Source of the DNA: an uncultured Fibrobacteraceae bacterium | GTDB lineage: Bacteria > Krumholzibacteriota > Krumholzibacteriia > LZORAL124-64-63 | Length of the DNA: 64,000 nucleotides | Assembly: GCA_964559455.1 (NCBI GenBank) | Contig: CAZLHO010000005.1 | Location: forward strand, 31,679-95,678 | Reading direction: 5' to 3' | In this document: piece by piece, positions 36,904-45,517 of the stretch | Numbering within the stretch: the first letter of the stretch is position 1 | Layout of the letters: every line of letters begins with the position of its first letter | Notes under the pieces: model-generated | Database searches by the model: none | What the model was told of the DNA's origin: nothing | The model's input: only the letters and a program-made list of their open reading frames with translations | Translations under genes and position numbers: made by a program

Positions 36904-37647
36904 ATGAAGAACCGCCTTCGACTCGGCTTCGGCCTTGTCCTGGCCTGCCTGCTGACGGCCGGCCACATCACGGCCCAGGATCGGATCACCATCATCCGCG
37001 AGCGCGACATGGCCGACCCGGCCTTTCGCGCCTCCCTCCTCTCGTACCGGGGCGGCGACTGCGACCTCGGCAATCCCCTGCCCTGGGACATGTGCAACGC
37101 GCTCGAGGTCGAGGACGGCTACTACCTGGAGCAGCCGGCGGAGACCTGCTCCTGCGTCCCCGGCCTCCACGTCTACGAGCTGAGGCATTTGTTCTACGTC
37201 TGCAACCTGCTGATCCCCGAGTGCGAGGAAGCCGGCGGCGGATTCCTGTCCGTCCACGGGGAGCTGATGGAGGCGGATTGGGATCCGCAGATCGAATGCT
37301 GGGTCCCGGGGCAGGTCCTCTGCAGCACGCCCGGGATGACCCTCGAGGTGCCGGTCTCCTGCCCCGAATGCATGGAGCTGGACAACGGCTTCATCGACTG
37401 GATCGGCGACCTGTCGAACTGCGACTGCGCCTTCCCGGGGTACCCCTACTTCCTCCACGTGCACGTCGAGGGCGGCAATCCGACGACCTGCACCCAGCAT
37501 GAGATGCCCTTCGACGACGCTCCGCCGCAGTGCGCCGCCGCGGGCGAGGCGCACAACGTGTTCCTGACCGGCAGCGCCGACTGCTGCGGGATACCGATCC
37601 CCGCCGTCGAACCAACATGGGGATCGATCAAGAGCTGGTTCCGCTAG
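36904..37647 (+). CDS. Secreted Cys-rich hypothetical protein with C-terminal WGxIKxWFR tag
   Basis: Signal MKNRLRLGFGLVLACLLTAGHITA; 16 Cys in the mature part; ends VEPTWGSIKSWFR. Confidence 0.8.
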   Translation: MKNRLRLGFGLVLACLLTAGHITAQDRITIIRERDMADPAFRASLLSYRGGDCDLGNPLPWDMCNALEVEDGYYLEQPAETCSCVPGLHVYELRHLFYVCNLLIPECEEAGGGFLSVHGELMEADWDPQIECWVPGQVLCSTPGMTLEVPVSCPECMELDNGFIDWIGDLSNCDCAFPGYPYFLHVHVEGGNPTTCTQHEMPFDDAPPQCAAAGEAHNVFLTGSADCCGIPIPAVEPTWGSIKSWFR

Positions 37648-38237
37648 TCGTCGTCAGGCGTCCGCTCCCGGTTCTCCCGCCACTCGTTCAGCGCGCGCAT
37701 CCTCTGCCGGAACTTGTGCGGGGCCTCGAAGGGCGCCGGGCCGACCTCGCGCGAGGCCGCCAGCACCGCCTCCGCGGCCTCGGGCAGGCCGTTGTCGCCG
37801 TAGTGGCTGACGGTCTCGACGGCGTAGCCCGCGGCGACCGCCAGCACCGAGTAGTTGCGCCCGTTGACGAAGAGGTAGCCCAGGGTCCGACCGTAGCCGT
37901 CGGTCTCGGCGGCGCGCAGGAGCTCCACGGATTCGGCCATGGCGAAGACGCCCTCGGCGAAGGCCGTCGCCTCGCGCCCGTAGGGCTGGTCGTCGCGCCA
38001 GCCCATGGAGTGATGGGCGACCTCGGGCGTGTCGATGCCCAGGATGCGCACCCGCTCGGTGTCCTCGTCCCCCCAGAGGATGACGACGGTGTCGCCGTCG
38101 CCCACGTCGACCAGGGCCGGATCGACGGGAACCCGCTCGAGGCTGGCGCGGGACTGGGCGCGGTCCTGGGCGCCGACGGTCGCGGCGGCCAGCAGCAGGG
38201 CGATGACGGCGAGAGTGCGGACTCGGGTCGGGAGCAT
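37644..38237 (-). CDS. Secreted thermonuclease (SNase-like)
   Basis: Signal peptide; VGDGDTV, VRILGIDTPE, DGYGRTLGY, NYSVLAVAAGYA. Confidence 0.92.
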   Translation of the reverse strand: MLPTRVRTLAVIALLLAAATVGAQDRAQSRASLERVPVDPALVDVGDGDTVVILWGDEDTERVRILGIDTPEVAHHSMGWRDDQPYGREATAFAEGVFAMAESVELLRAAETDGYGRTLGYLFVNGRNYSVLAVAAGYAVETVSHYGDNGLPEAAEAVLAASREVGPAPFEAPHKFRQRMRALNEWRENRERTPDDD

Positions 38238-38278
38238 GGGAACCTCACCTCGTTATTCGCCGCTCGTTTCGCGGCGCC

Positions 38279-38865
38279 CTACAGTTCCGTCAGCGGCGCC
38301 TTCAGAGCGACCCGGTCCAGGGCGACCCGGTCCTCGATCTCGAGGAAATCCCCCCAGATCCTGATCTCGCGGATGCTGGCCAGGGACATCCAGATGTCGG
38401 CGTCCGTCGCCGCAGCGCCGTCCCAGCGGTACCACCGGCCGGGGACGGTGCCGTCGTCGCCCGTCTGCACCCCCGCGGCCAGGTTGACGACGAAGAGCGT
38501 CGGCGCCGGGTTCGGGCGGATGTTGCCCGGGCGGAACCGGGGATCCGGGACGTGGTCGGCGTTCGCCGGACGGTACACCAGGTTCCCGTTCTCGCTGGTC
38601 AGCACGACGAAGTCCGCGATGCTCGCCTGCCATTGGGGCGGGTCGTAGATATCCCAGGGGTCGGGAGAGTACCAGAGGGAGTACTCCAACGTGCCTCCGG
38701 CGTAGGGGGTCTTGTTGCCCAGGAATTTGCTGGGCGCGGAGAACTCCAGGCCGGTCATCCACGAATCGATCGGGGACACGGCGCCCTCGGGTCGTCGTCG
38801 CTGCAGCCGGCGGCGAACGCCAGCGCCAAGACGAGGAGCATCATCAGGATCGGGAACGTTTTCAT
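38279..38865 (-). pseudogene. Laminin-B (domain IV)-like lipoprotein split by a 1-nt frameshift
   Basis: MKTFPILMMLLVLALAFAAGCSDDDP, then in another frame EGAVSPIDSW...FSAPSKFLGNK..YAGGTLEYSL...IREIRIWGDF. Adding one base to the G3 run at 38789-38791 joins the frames. Confidence 0.7.
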
Positions 38866-38924
38866 CTGCCCATCCCTCATGGTTGTAGTGCCGATTACCG
38901 GATAGCGATCTGCCGTATCCCGCA

Positions 38925-39527
38925 CTAGCGGTACAGGTTCTTGATTCCGCCCCAATTCGCCGTATCGCTGATCACGGGACCGTTCATATTGATACCGGCC
39001 ACCCACGCAGGATAACATGGGAGGTTGTAACATGGCACCGACGGCTGCAGGTAGATATCGACTGCGCCCGAAGAACAGACCAGCCCGTCCCCTTCGGCCG
39101 ACGATTCCAGATACATCGTGATCGGCGCTCCGGTCAGCACGTCGACCGATAGCTCCGCGAGGACAATCGCCGACGACAACGGCAACGGCGTCGCAAGGCT
39201 GACGTCGAAATGCACCAAGAAGTCCGGTCCATCGCCATGGGCGTTGACCCCTCCGCCCCGTATCGTGGCTTCCACCGGGACCTCGCAGGACACCCCGCCG
39301 CGCCAAGCATCCACGCCGCCGGCCCCATCATACCTCGTCGCAATCAGATACCCGACTACCGAAGCCGGCGGAACTACACCGACCGCGTTCCCGATCGCCT
39401 CTTCATCGAAATAGATCCCCACCGAATTCGGATAAGGATCCGTTTGCGCACAAGCGTCGCCGCCGGCAGCCGCGACAAGACAACCCGCAGCCAGCACCAC
39501 GATGGCGCAACCGGCAATTCTCTTCAA
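38925..39527 (-). CDS. Secreted hypothetical beta-rich protein with C-terminal WGxIKxLYR tag
   Basis: AGGAGG 6 nt before TTG 39527; signal peptide; NSVGIYFDEEA; ends TANWGGIKNLYR. Confidence 0.78.
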   Translation of the reverse strand: MKRIAGCAIVVLAAGCLVAAAGGDACAQTDPYPNSVGIYFDEEAIGNAVGVVPPASVVGYLIATRYDGAGGVDAWRGGVSCEVPVEATIRGGGVNAHGDGPDFLVHFDVSLATPLPLSSAIVLAELSVDVLTGAPITMYLESSAEGDGLVCSSGAVDIYLQPSVPCYNLPCYPAWVAGINMNGPVISDTANWGGIKNLYR

Positions 39528-39801
39528 CGCTTGCCTCCTTATCATTCTGAACCTCACGAAATATATCCCAATCATGGTCGGGAATGGTGGAATATGTCTA
39601 CGTTGTTCACGTCCCGTCGCCGGCCGCCCTCGCTGGCGGACCGTCGCCGCGCAAGCGATGGACGTCGACCATCTGCGGTGCGCCATGTACGCTTCCGAGT
39701 CTCAGAACGATGTATTTGCGCGGTTGCCAGTCGTGCGGGGGGAATAGCCCGTTTGGCCTTTTCTGTCGGTGACGCGCAGGTCGCGACACCAGGGAGGAAC
39801 C

Positions 39802-40758
39802 ATGAGAACCGATCTTTGCTCGAGGACGCTCGTCGTCGTGATCGGCATACTGTCCATCATGGCCGGCGCGGCCCACGCCGAACCTCAGCCCGTCCCTTCG
39901 GCCGACGCCCCCATGGACATGCTGGTGTCGGCGGAATGGCTGGGCCGGCACCTGGACGATCCCGATCTGGTGGTGCTGGACTGCACCGTCAAGATCGAGA
40001 TGACCGAGACCGGCGGCATGCGGTCGGTCAGCGGCAGGGCTTCCTACGACGCCGGCCACATCCCGGGCGCCGGCTTCGCCGACCTGCTGGTCGACCTGTC
40101 GGACACCGACCAGCCGATCGGCTTCGCCCTGCCTGCGCCGCAGAAGTTCTGCGAGGCCATGGGCCGCCTGGGCGTCGGCGACGATTCGCGCGTCGTGCTG
40201 TACGACAGCGGCAATTCCGTCTGGGCGGCGCGCGTGTGGTGGATGCTGCGCTGGGTGGGGTTCGACAACGCAGCGCTGCTCGACGGCGGCCTCGCGGCGT
40301 GGACGGAAGGCGGCGGGCCCCTGTCGTCCGATCCGGCGAGCCGGCCCGCGAAGAAGCTCACCGCCGCCGTCCGGCCGGAGCTGATCGCCGACCGCGACGA
40401 GGTGCTCGCCGCCATCGACGACGAGGATGTCCACCTCATCGACTCCCTGCCGGAGCCGGTCTATCGGGGCGAGATGAGCATGTACGCCCGGCCCGGCCAC
40501 ATAAAGAGCGCGGTGAACATCCCGGTGCTGGACCTGCTCGACGCCTCGGGCCGGTTCAAGCCCCTGGCAGAGCTGGCCGCGGCGCATCCGGAAGATCGTT
40601 CCGATCGCTACATCACCTACTGCGGCGGAGGGATCGCGGCCTCAGGAAGCGCCTTCGTCATGGTCAGGCTCGGCTTCGAGGACGTCGCCGTCTACACCGC
40701 CTCGCTGCAGGAGTGGGCCGCCGACCCGGCCAATCCGATGGTGGATCCGTCGCCGTGA
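39802..40758 (+). CDS. Tandem-domain rhodanese/sulfurtransferase (SseA-like) with signal peptide
   Basis: LVSAEWL, GHIPGA, VVLYD, AARVWWML, LLDGGLAAW, active loop YCGGGIAA, YTASLQEW; signal ending AHA. Confidence 0.92.
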   Translation: MRTDLCSRTLVVVIGILSIMAGAAHAEPQPVPSADAPMDMLVSAEWLGRHLDDPDLVVLDCTVKIEMTETGGMRSVSGRASYDAGHIPGAGFADLLVDLSDTDQPIGFALPAPQKFCEAMGRLGVGDDSRVVLYDSGNSVWAARVWWMLRWVGFDNAALLDGGLAAWTEGGGPLSSDPASRPAKKLTAAVRPELIADRDEVLAAIDDEDVHLIDSLPEPVYRGEMSMYARPGHIKSAVNIPVLDLLDASGRFKPLAELAAAHPEDRSDRYITYCGGGIAASGSAFVMVRLGFEDVAVYTASLQEWAADPANPMVDPSP

Positions 40759-40769
40759 GAGGGCCGGGG

Positions 40770-41930
40770 TCATCTCAAGGGCTTCAGGTCCTCCAGGAGA
40801 CGGGAGATCGATACCGCCCGGATCTTCTCGGCAAGAGGAAAGCTGTTCTCTCCGGCATGGATCACATCCAGGCTGTCAAGATGGAGATCGGCCAAGGCGG
40901 TCTGCATGGATCTAGTCACCGCAGGGGAGGTCGTTCGCTTGATCTCGAATCCCCGCCGTGATCTCCCTCTCACTACGAGGAGGTCCAGTTCGGCACCCGC
41001 GTGCGTTGCCCAGAAATGGCATTCCTCCGGCTGTGCATAGAGATGATGGATGATTTCACCGAGAACGAATCCCTCCCAGGAAGCACCAACCTTGGGATGG
41101 GCTTCCAGATCGGACATCGTCTTCAAGCCGAGAAGGGTGTGAAGAAGGCCCGGATCCGCGATGTAGATCTTCGGAGCCTTGACCTGCCGCTTCTTCAGAT
41201 TCTCATGCCAGGGAAGCAGCTGGCGGATCGCCAGTGCGGAAGTCAGAACGTCCAGATAATTGCGGATGGTCGTATCCGCGACTCCGAAGGATCGTGCTAA
41301 TTCAGATGCGTTCCATGTCTGCCCGTGATAGTGCGCCAGCATGGTCCAGAAACGTCGGAGCGTTGCAGCCTTGATATTGATCCCCAGCTGGGGCAAGTCC
41401 CTCTCCAGGAAAGACTGGATGAAACCCCTGCGCCATTCGTCACTGCCGAGATGGGACTTCGCCAGATAGGACCGGGGAAAACCACCGCGCAACCAGAGGC
41501 GGCCGTGGTGTTCGATGCCCGTCTCCTCCAGGGATAATCCATCCAGGGCATGGAACAGGATGCGCCCGGCCAGGGATTCCGAACCCTGGCGCAGCAGCTC
41601 GGGAGAAGCGCTTCCCAGCACCAGGAAACGTGCGGGAGAACGTGGGCGATCTACGAGTACCCGGAGCACCGGGAACAGATCAGGAGCGCGCTGCACCTCG
41701 TCGATCACGACCAGACCCTTCAGGCCCTTCAGTGCGAGCATGGGATCGGAGAGCCTGGCCAGATCTTCCGGGTTTTCCAGATCGAAATAACCGCCCTGTC
41801 CGGCGGTCTGCGCGAACAGCATCCGCGCGAGCGTGGTCTTTCCCACCTGGCGGGCGCCCACGATCCCCACGACACGATGCCGCTGGAGAAGCCCCTGGAT
41901 TCGCCGGAGATGCGCTGGTCGATCAATCAT
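40770..41930 (-). CDS. AAA+ ATPase with DUF4143 (COG1373-like)
   Basis: Walker A GARQVGKT, Walker B VVIDEVQ, LGS, GGFP, KIYIADPGL, ELDLL..FEIK. Confidence 0.92.
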   Translation of the reverse strand: MIDRPAHLRRIQGLLQRHRVVGIVGARQVGKTTLARMLFAQTAGQGGYFDLENPEDLARLSDPMLALKGLKGLVVIDEVQRAPDLFPVLRVLVDRPRSPARFLVLGSASPELLRQGSESLAGRILFHALDGLSLEETGIEHHGRLWLRGGFPRSYLAKSHLGSDEWRRGFIQSFLERDLPQLGINIKAATLRRFWTMLAHYHGQTWNASELARSFGVADTTIRNYLDVLTSALAIRQLLPWHENLKKRQVKAPKIYIADPGLLHTLLGLKTMSDLEAHPKVGASWEGFVLGEIIHHLYAQPEECHFWATHAGAELDLLVVRGRSRRGFEIKRTTSPAVTRSMQTALADLHLDSLDVIHAGENSFPLAEKIRAVSISRLLEDLKPLR

Positions 41931-42031
41931 GCAGCAGATGCTATCTTGAAATCTCGGTGCAGTCAACAGAGATTTCAAGGAGTGGCGGCAGCCCATTCCG
42001 CACCCCGGAGAATCCCCCCAGGATTCCCGAG

Positions 42032-42077
42032 AACACAAACGCCCCGCCTGCAGCCGCTTAAACGGCGAGTCGGGGCG
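42032..42077 (-). terminator. Terminator-like hairpin downstream of the tRNA remnant
   Basis: CGCCCCG...CGGGGCG stem with an inner GCCG/CGGC hairpin, followed by TTTGTGTT on the minus strand. Confidence 0.5.
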
Positions 42078-42125
42078 ACCCTTGCGTCAACTGATTCAGG
42101 GAGATTCGTTCGTAGGCGTAAAATT

Positions 42126-42143
42126 TGGCTCCCCGGGCGAGAC
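42126..42143 (-). mobile_element. att-like remnant: 18-nt tRNA 3' end, probably tRNA-Asn
   Basis: Minus strand GT-CTCGC-CCGGGGA-G-CCA fits T-loop end, T-stem, acceptor 3' strand, discriminator G and CCA; the rest of the tRNA is absent. Confidence 0.55.
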
Positions 42144-42190
42144 GCTCCTGGGAAGATAATCAGAGAATCCCCTTGCGGACGACCCGGTCC

Positions 42191-43414
42191 TCAGATCGCC
42201 CCCACGGGGATGCTCACGACGCCCTCGGCGAGCGGAAGGGAGGACTCCGCAAGGCAGACCACTCCCCCCGGGCCCACGATCTTGCCGAGCTTCTCGAGAA
42301 CGCCGAAGTGGGCGGCCGCCCTTCGATCCGGCGCAGCCGTCTTCTTGAATTCCAGCGGATGGACCGTGTCGCCCTGGACGATCAGCAGGTCGATCTCCTT
42401 CTGGTCCTTGTCGCGATAGTAGTAGAACGGCGCTCGCTTGCCGTTATGCCACCAGCTCTTCAGCAGCTCAGCCAGGATCCAGGTCTCGAGCACTGCACCG
42501 GAGGCCGCGCCGGCTTCGAGGCTCTCCGGACTCGCCCACTCGGTCAGCCACGAGCAGAGCCCAGTGTCCAGGAAGTAGAGCTTGGGCCTCTTGACGAGCC
42601 GTTTCGTCACGTTCGAGTGGTAAGGCTCGAGCAGGAAAACGATGCCCGACGTCTCGAGGACGGAGAGCCAGCTCTTGGCCGTGTTGGGGGCGACGTCGGC
42701 GTCGCGCGCCAGCTCGGCGATGTTGAGGATCTGGGCCGTCCGGGCCGCGCAGGCTCGAACGAAGCGCAGGAAGGCCGCCTCGTCGCCGACCCTGGCCAGA
42801 TCCCGCACGTCCCGCTGCAGGTAGGTCTGGACGTAGGAGCTGTAGTACAGGTCCCGGTCCATGCCCGGGTCCGCGGCCAGCGCAGGATAGGCGCCCCTCC
42901 ACATGATGCCGTAAAGGTCCGTGAGGGCCAGGGGCGCCATGGCCTCCAGCCTCGGGCCCAGCACCTCGGGCGTCGGCAGGAAGGGACGGGCGTCGATCTC
43001 CTCGCGGTCCCTCTCGCGCCGCGAGAGCCCCAACAGCTTGAGGATGGCCACCCGGCCCGCCAGCGACTCCGATACCTCGTTCATCAGGTGGAACTGCTGC
43101 GAACCGGTCAGCCAGAAACGGCCCGGCGTCCCGTCCTCGTCCACCGACATCTTGATCAGAGGAAGGAGCCCCGGGGCATACTGGATCTCGTCGATGATCA
43201 CCGGCCCCGGAAAGCGCTGCATGAAGAGCGCCGGATCGCTTCTGGCCAGTTCCAGGATCCTCGGGTCGTCCAGGCTCGCATAGGCGCGCTCAGCCCCGCC
43301 GATCTGCCTCAGGAACGTGGTCTTGCCGACCTGGCGTGCGCCCGTGACCAGCATCACCGGGAAATGGCCGGAAGCCTCGAGGAATTGCTTCTCCAGGGTT
43401 CTGCTGAGATACAC
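42191..43414 (-). CDS. AAA+ ATPase with DUF4143 (COG1373-like)
   Basis: GARQVGKT, VIIDEIQ, LTGSQ, GAYP, KLYFLDTGL, EIDLLI..LEFK. Confidence 0.93.
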   Translation of the reverse strand: MYLSRTLEKQFLEASGHFPVMLVTGARQVGKTTFLRQIGGAERAYASLDDPRILELARSDPALFMQRFPGPVIIDEIQYAPGLLPLIKMSVDEDGTPGRFWLTGSQQFHLMNEVSESLAGRVAILKLLGLSRRERDREEIDARPFLPTPEVLGPRLEAMAPLALTDLYGIMWRGAYPALAADPGMDRDLYYSSYVQTYLQRDVRDLARVGDEAAFLRFVRACAARTAQILNIAELARDADVAPNTAKSWLSVLETSGIVFLLEPYHSNVTKRLVKRPKLYFLDTGLCSWLTEWASPESLEAGAASGAVLETWILAELLKSWWHNGKRAPFYYYRDKDQKEIDLLIVQGDTVHPLEFKKTAAPDRRAAAHFGVLEKLGKIVGPGGVVCLAESSLPLAEGVVSIPVGAI

Positions 43415-43551
43415 GACCTCCCCCTTCGTCCAGAATGCATTACGACTGCATTATAGACGATTCCCTGGCCCCGTCAACGACAATCGTCCAATCTGCAGCG
43501 CCGCTGCATAATGGACGATGTCATCGCTAGCTTATTTGATTTCGAACGCTT

Positions 43552-44865
43552 TCGTCTCGGCCAAAACCGGAGTTTCGGCGAAAAGCCTACTGGAATCGAT
43601 CTCGATCAAGCCCCGCGCCCGCCCCGCCGATACCTCCCCGATGCATCACTTCATGCTGGACACCCTGCGCGACCTGCTGCGCTCCCGTCGCGAGCTGATC
43701 CTGGAGAACCTGGCCCTGCGGCAGCAGATCCTGGTCCTCGAGCGCGCCGCCCCGAACCCTCGCCTCAACCCGCTGGACCGCGCGTTCTGGGTCGCCCTGT
43801 GCCGCTGGTGGCCCGGCTGGCGCCGCCCGCTGCGGCTGGTCAGCCCCGACACCGTCATCGCCTGGCACCGCCTGGGCTGGCGGCTGTGGTGGCGCCGCAA
43901 GAGCCGGCCCAAGGAGCCCGGACGGCCCCGGATCCCGCACGAGCTGATCGAACTGATCCGGCGGATGTCGCGCGAGAACCCGACCTGGGGCGCGCCGCGC
44001 ATCCACGGCGAGCTGCTGAAGCTGGGCCACTTCCTGAGCGAGGCGACGGTCGCCCGCTACATGGTCAAGCGCCGCGGCCGGCCGAAGCAGGACTGGAAGA
44101 CCTTCCTGCGCAACCACCTGGGCGAGACCGCGGCCATCGACTTCCTGACCGTGCCGACGGTGATGTTCCAGACGCTGTACGTCTTCGTGGTGCTGTCCCT
44201 GGACCGGCGGCGGATCGTGCACCTGAACGTCACCCGCCACCCGACCACCGAGTGGACCGCCCTGCAGCTGCACCAGGCCTTCCCCTTCGACGAGGCGCCG
44301 AGGTTCCTGATCCGCGACCGCGACGCGATCTTCGGCGGGGCCGTCGTGGAGGCCCTGCAGAACATGGACATCGAGCAGCTGGTCACGGCGCCGCGCTCGC
44401 CCTGGCAGAACGGCTACTGCGAGCGGGTGGTCGGCACCCTGAAGCGCGAGTGCCTGGATCACATGATCGTCCTCGGCGAAGAGCACGCCCGCCGCGTCCT
44501 GCGACGCTATCTGGAGTACTACCACGGCGCGCGCACGCACCTGGGCCTGGAGAAGGACGCGCCCGACGGCCGGCCCGTCGAGCCGCCGGAGCTGGGCCCG
44601 GTCAGGCGGCGACCGATGGTCGGCGGGCTGCACAGCCGGTATTACCGCGAGGCGGCGTAGTAATATTCCACGCCCGGGAGGGACGAGGCGCAGGGAAGGT
44701 GTGCTTGACGCCAGGGAAATGACACGCCGGCCTCAAAAAGCAGCCGGCCTGAAGACGTCGGGGGCCCGAAGGGGCCCTCTCTTTGTGCGCGGAAACGAGA
44801 ATCAGGGGTCAAGTGGCGGCTTCAGCAGGGAAATCGACGGGCGGATGGGGTTTTGAGGAGGCACA
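43552..44865 (+). mobile_element. Insertion sequence carrying the rve transposase (boundaries approximate)
   Basis: Right end GGATGGGGTTTTGAGGAGGCACA; the left side shares only a CAAAACC core with its reverse complement; no target duplication recognised. Confidence 0.45.
43641..44660 (+). CDS. DDE (rve integrase-core) transposase
   Basis: LENLALRQQ, PDTVIAWHR, ENPTWGAPRIHGELLKLG; DDE residues in AIDFLTV / RDRD / ERVVGTLKRE; ends GGLHSRYYREAA. Start uncertain. Confidence 0.9.
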   Translation: MHHFMLDTLRDLLRSRRELILENLALRQQILVLERAAPNPRLNPLDRAFWVALCRWWPGWRRPLRLVSPDTVIAWHRLGWRLWWRRKSRPKEPGRPRIPHELIELIRRMSRENPTWGAPRIHGELLKLGHFLSEATVARYMVKRRGRPKQDWKTFLRNHLGETAAIDFLTVPTVMFQTLYVFVVLSLDRRRIVHLNVTRHPTTEWTALQLHQAFPFDEAPRFLIRDRDAIFGGAVVEALQNMDIEQLVTAPRSPWQNGYCERVVGTLKRECLDHMIVLGEEHARRVLRRYLEYYHGARTHLGLEKDAPDGRPVEPPELGPVRRRPMVGGLHSRYYREAA

Positions 44866-44955
44866 CCCCGCGTGGGACACGAAATAACTGGCATATCGTT
44901 AACGCATGAACTCATCCCCGCCCCGCCATCCCGCGGGGCCGGCCATTCCCGTTCC

Positions 44956-45492
44956 CTACTGCGCCCTCGCCCTCTTCACCGCGTCCGCCAGCCCCCAGTG
45001 CCGCAGCACCTCTTCCGGCGCCTCGTTGCGGCAGCTGCGCTCGCAGGCCCAGCCGATGGTCCCGCGGTCGCGGGCGGCCTCGGTGTAGAGGCAGGTCGGC
45101 CGCGGCGTGATGCCCAGCCGGGCCAGGTCCAGGCGTTCGGCGTCCCAGCAGACCCGGACGGTGTCGTCGCCGGGGTCGGGCATCGCCTCGTCGTGTCCGG
45201 CGAGCGCCGCCTGCAGCCGGCGGATGTCCGCGGGCTCCAGGCCCAGCCGGCGGCGCAGGCGCCAGGCCAGGGCGGCGGCGCGGCGGCCGTGGTCGCGGTC
45301 CAGGCCGTCGCACACCCGCAGGGCGTCGTGCAGCACGGCGAAGGCCTCGAGCACGCGGCGGTCGACCTTCACCGTCTCGGCCAGGCGCAGGCCGTTCTCC
45401 AGCACCCGCGCCCAGTGCGCGGGGCCGTGCAACCCGTCCGGGGGCAGGCGGAAATCCCGCATCACCGTGCGGACGAGCGTGTCCTGCTTCAT
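44956..45492 (-). CDS. HD-domain protein
   Basis: LHGPAHWARV, AVLHDALR, DHG, CWDAERLDL; GGAGG before ATG 45492. Confidence 0.85.
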   Translation of the reverse strand: MKQDTLVRTVMRDFRLPPDGLHGPAHWARVLENGLRLAETVKVDRRVLEAFAVLHDALRVCDGLDRDHGRRAAALAWRLRRRLGLEPADIRRLQAALAGHDEAMPDPGDDTVRVCWDAERLDLARLGITPRPTCLYTEAARDRGTIGWACERSCRNEAPEEVLRHWGLADAVKRARAQ

Positions 45493-45517
45493 CGTCGTCA
45501 CCTCCCCCGGTCCGCCG

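Noticed and set aside
28597-37647. Long N-terminal extensions of ORFs 28597-31815, 27520-31083 and 34879-37647
   Set aside because: Signal peptides mark internal starts (30730, 30531, 36904); the extensions are antisense to real genes.
38755-39306. 183-aa ORF ending in the lipoprotein signal
   Set aside because: Its 5' part is an off-frame read of the WG-tag gene; only the last 36 codons belong to the frameshifted laminin-B gene.
42126-42200. Intact tRNA gene
   Set aside because: Only 18 nt fit; there is no TTCGA loop, anticodon arm or 5' acceptor strand upstream.
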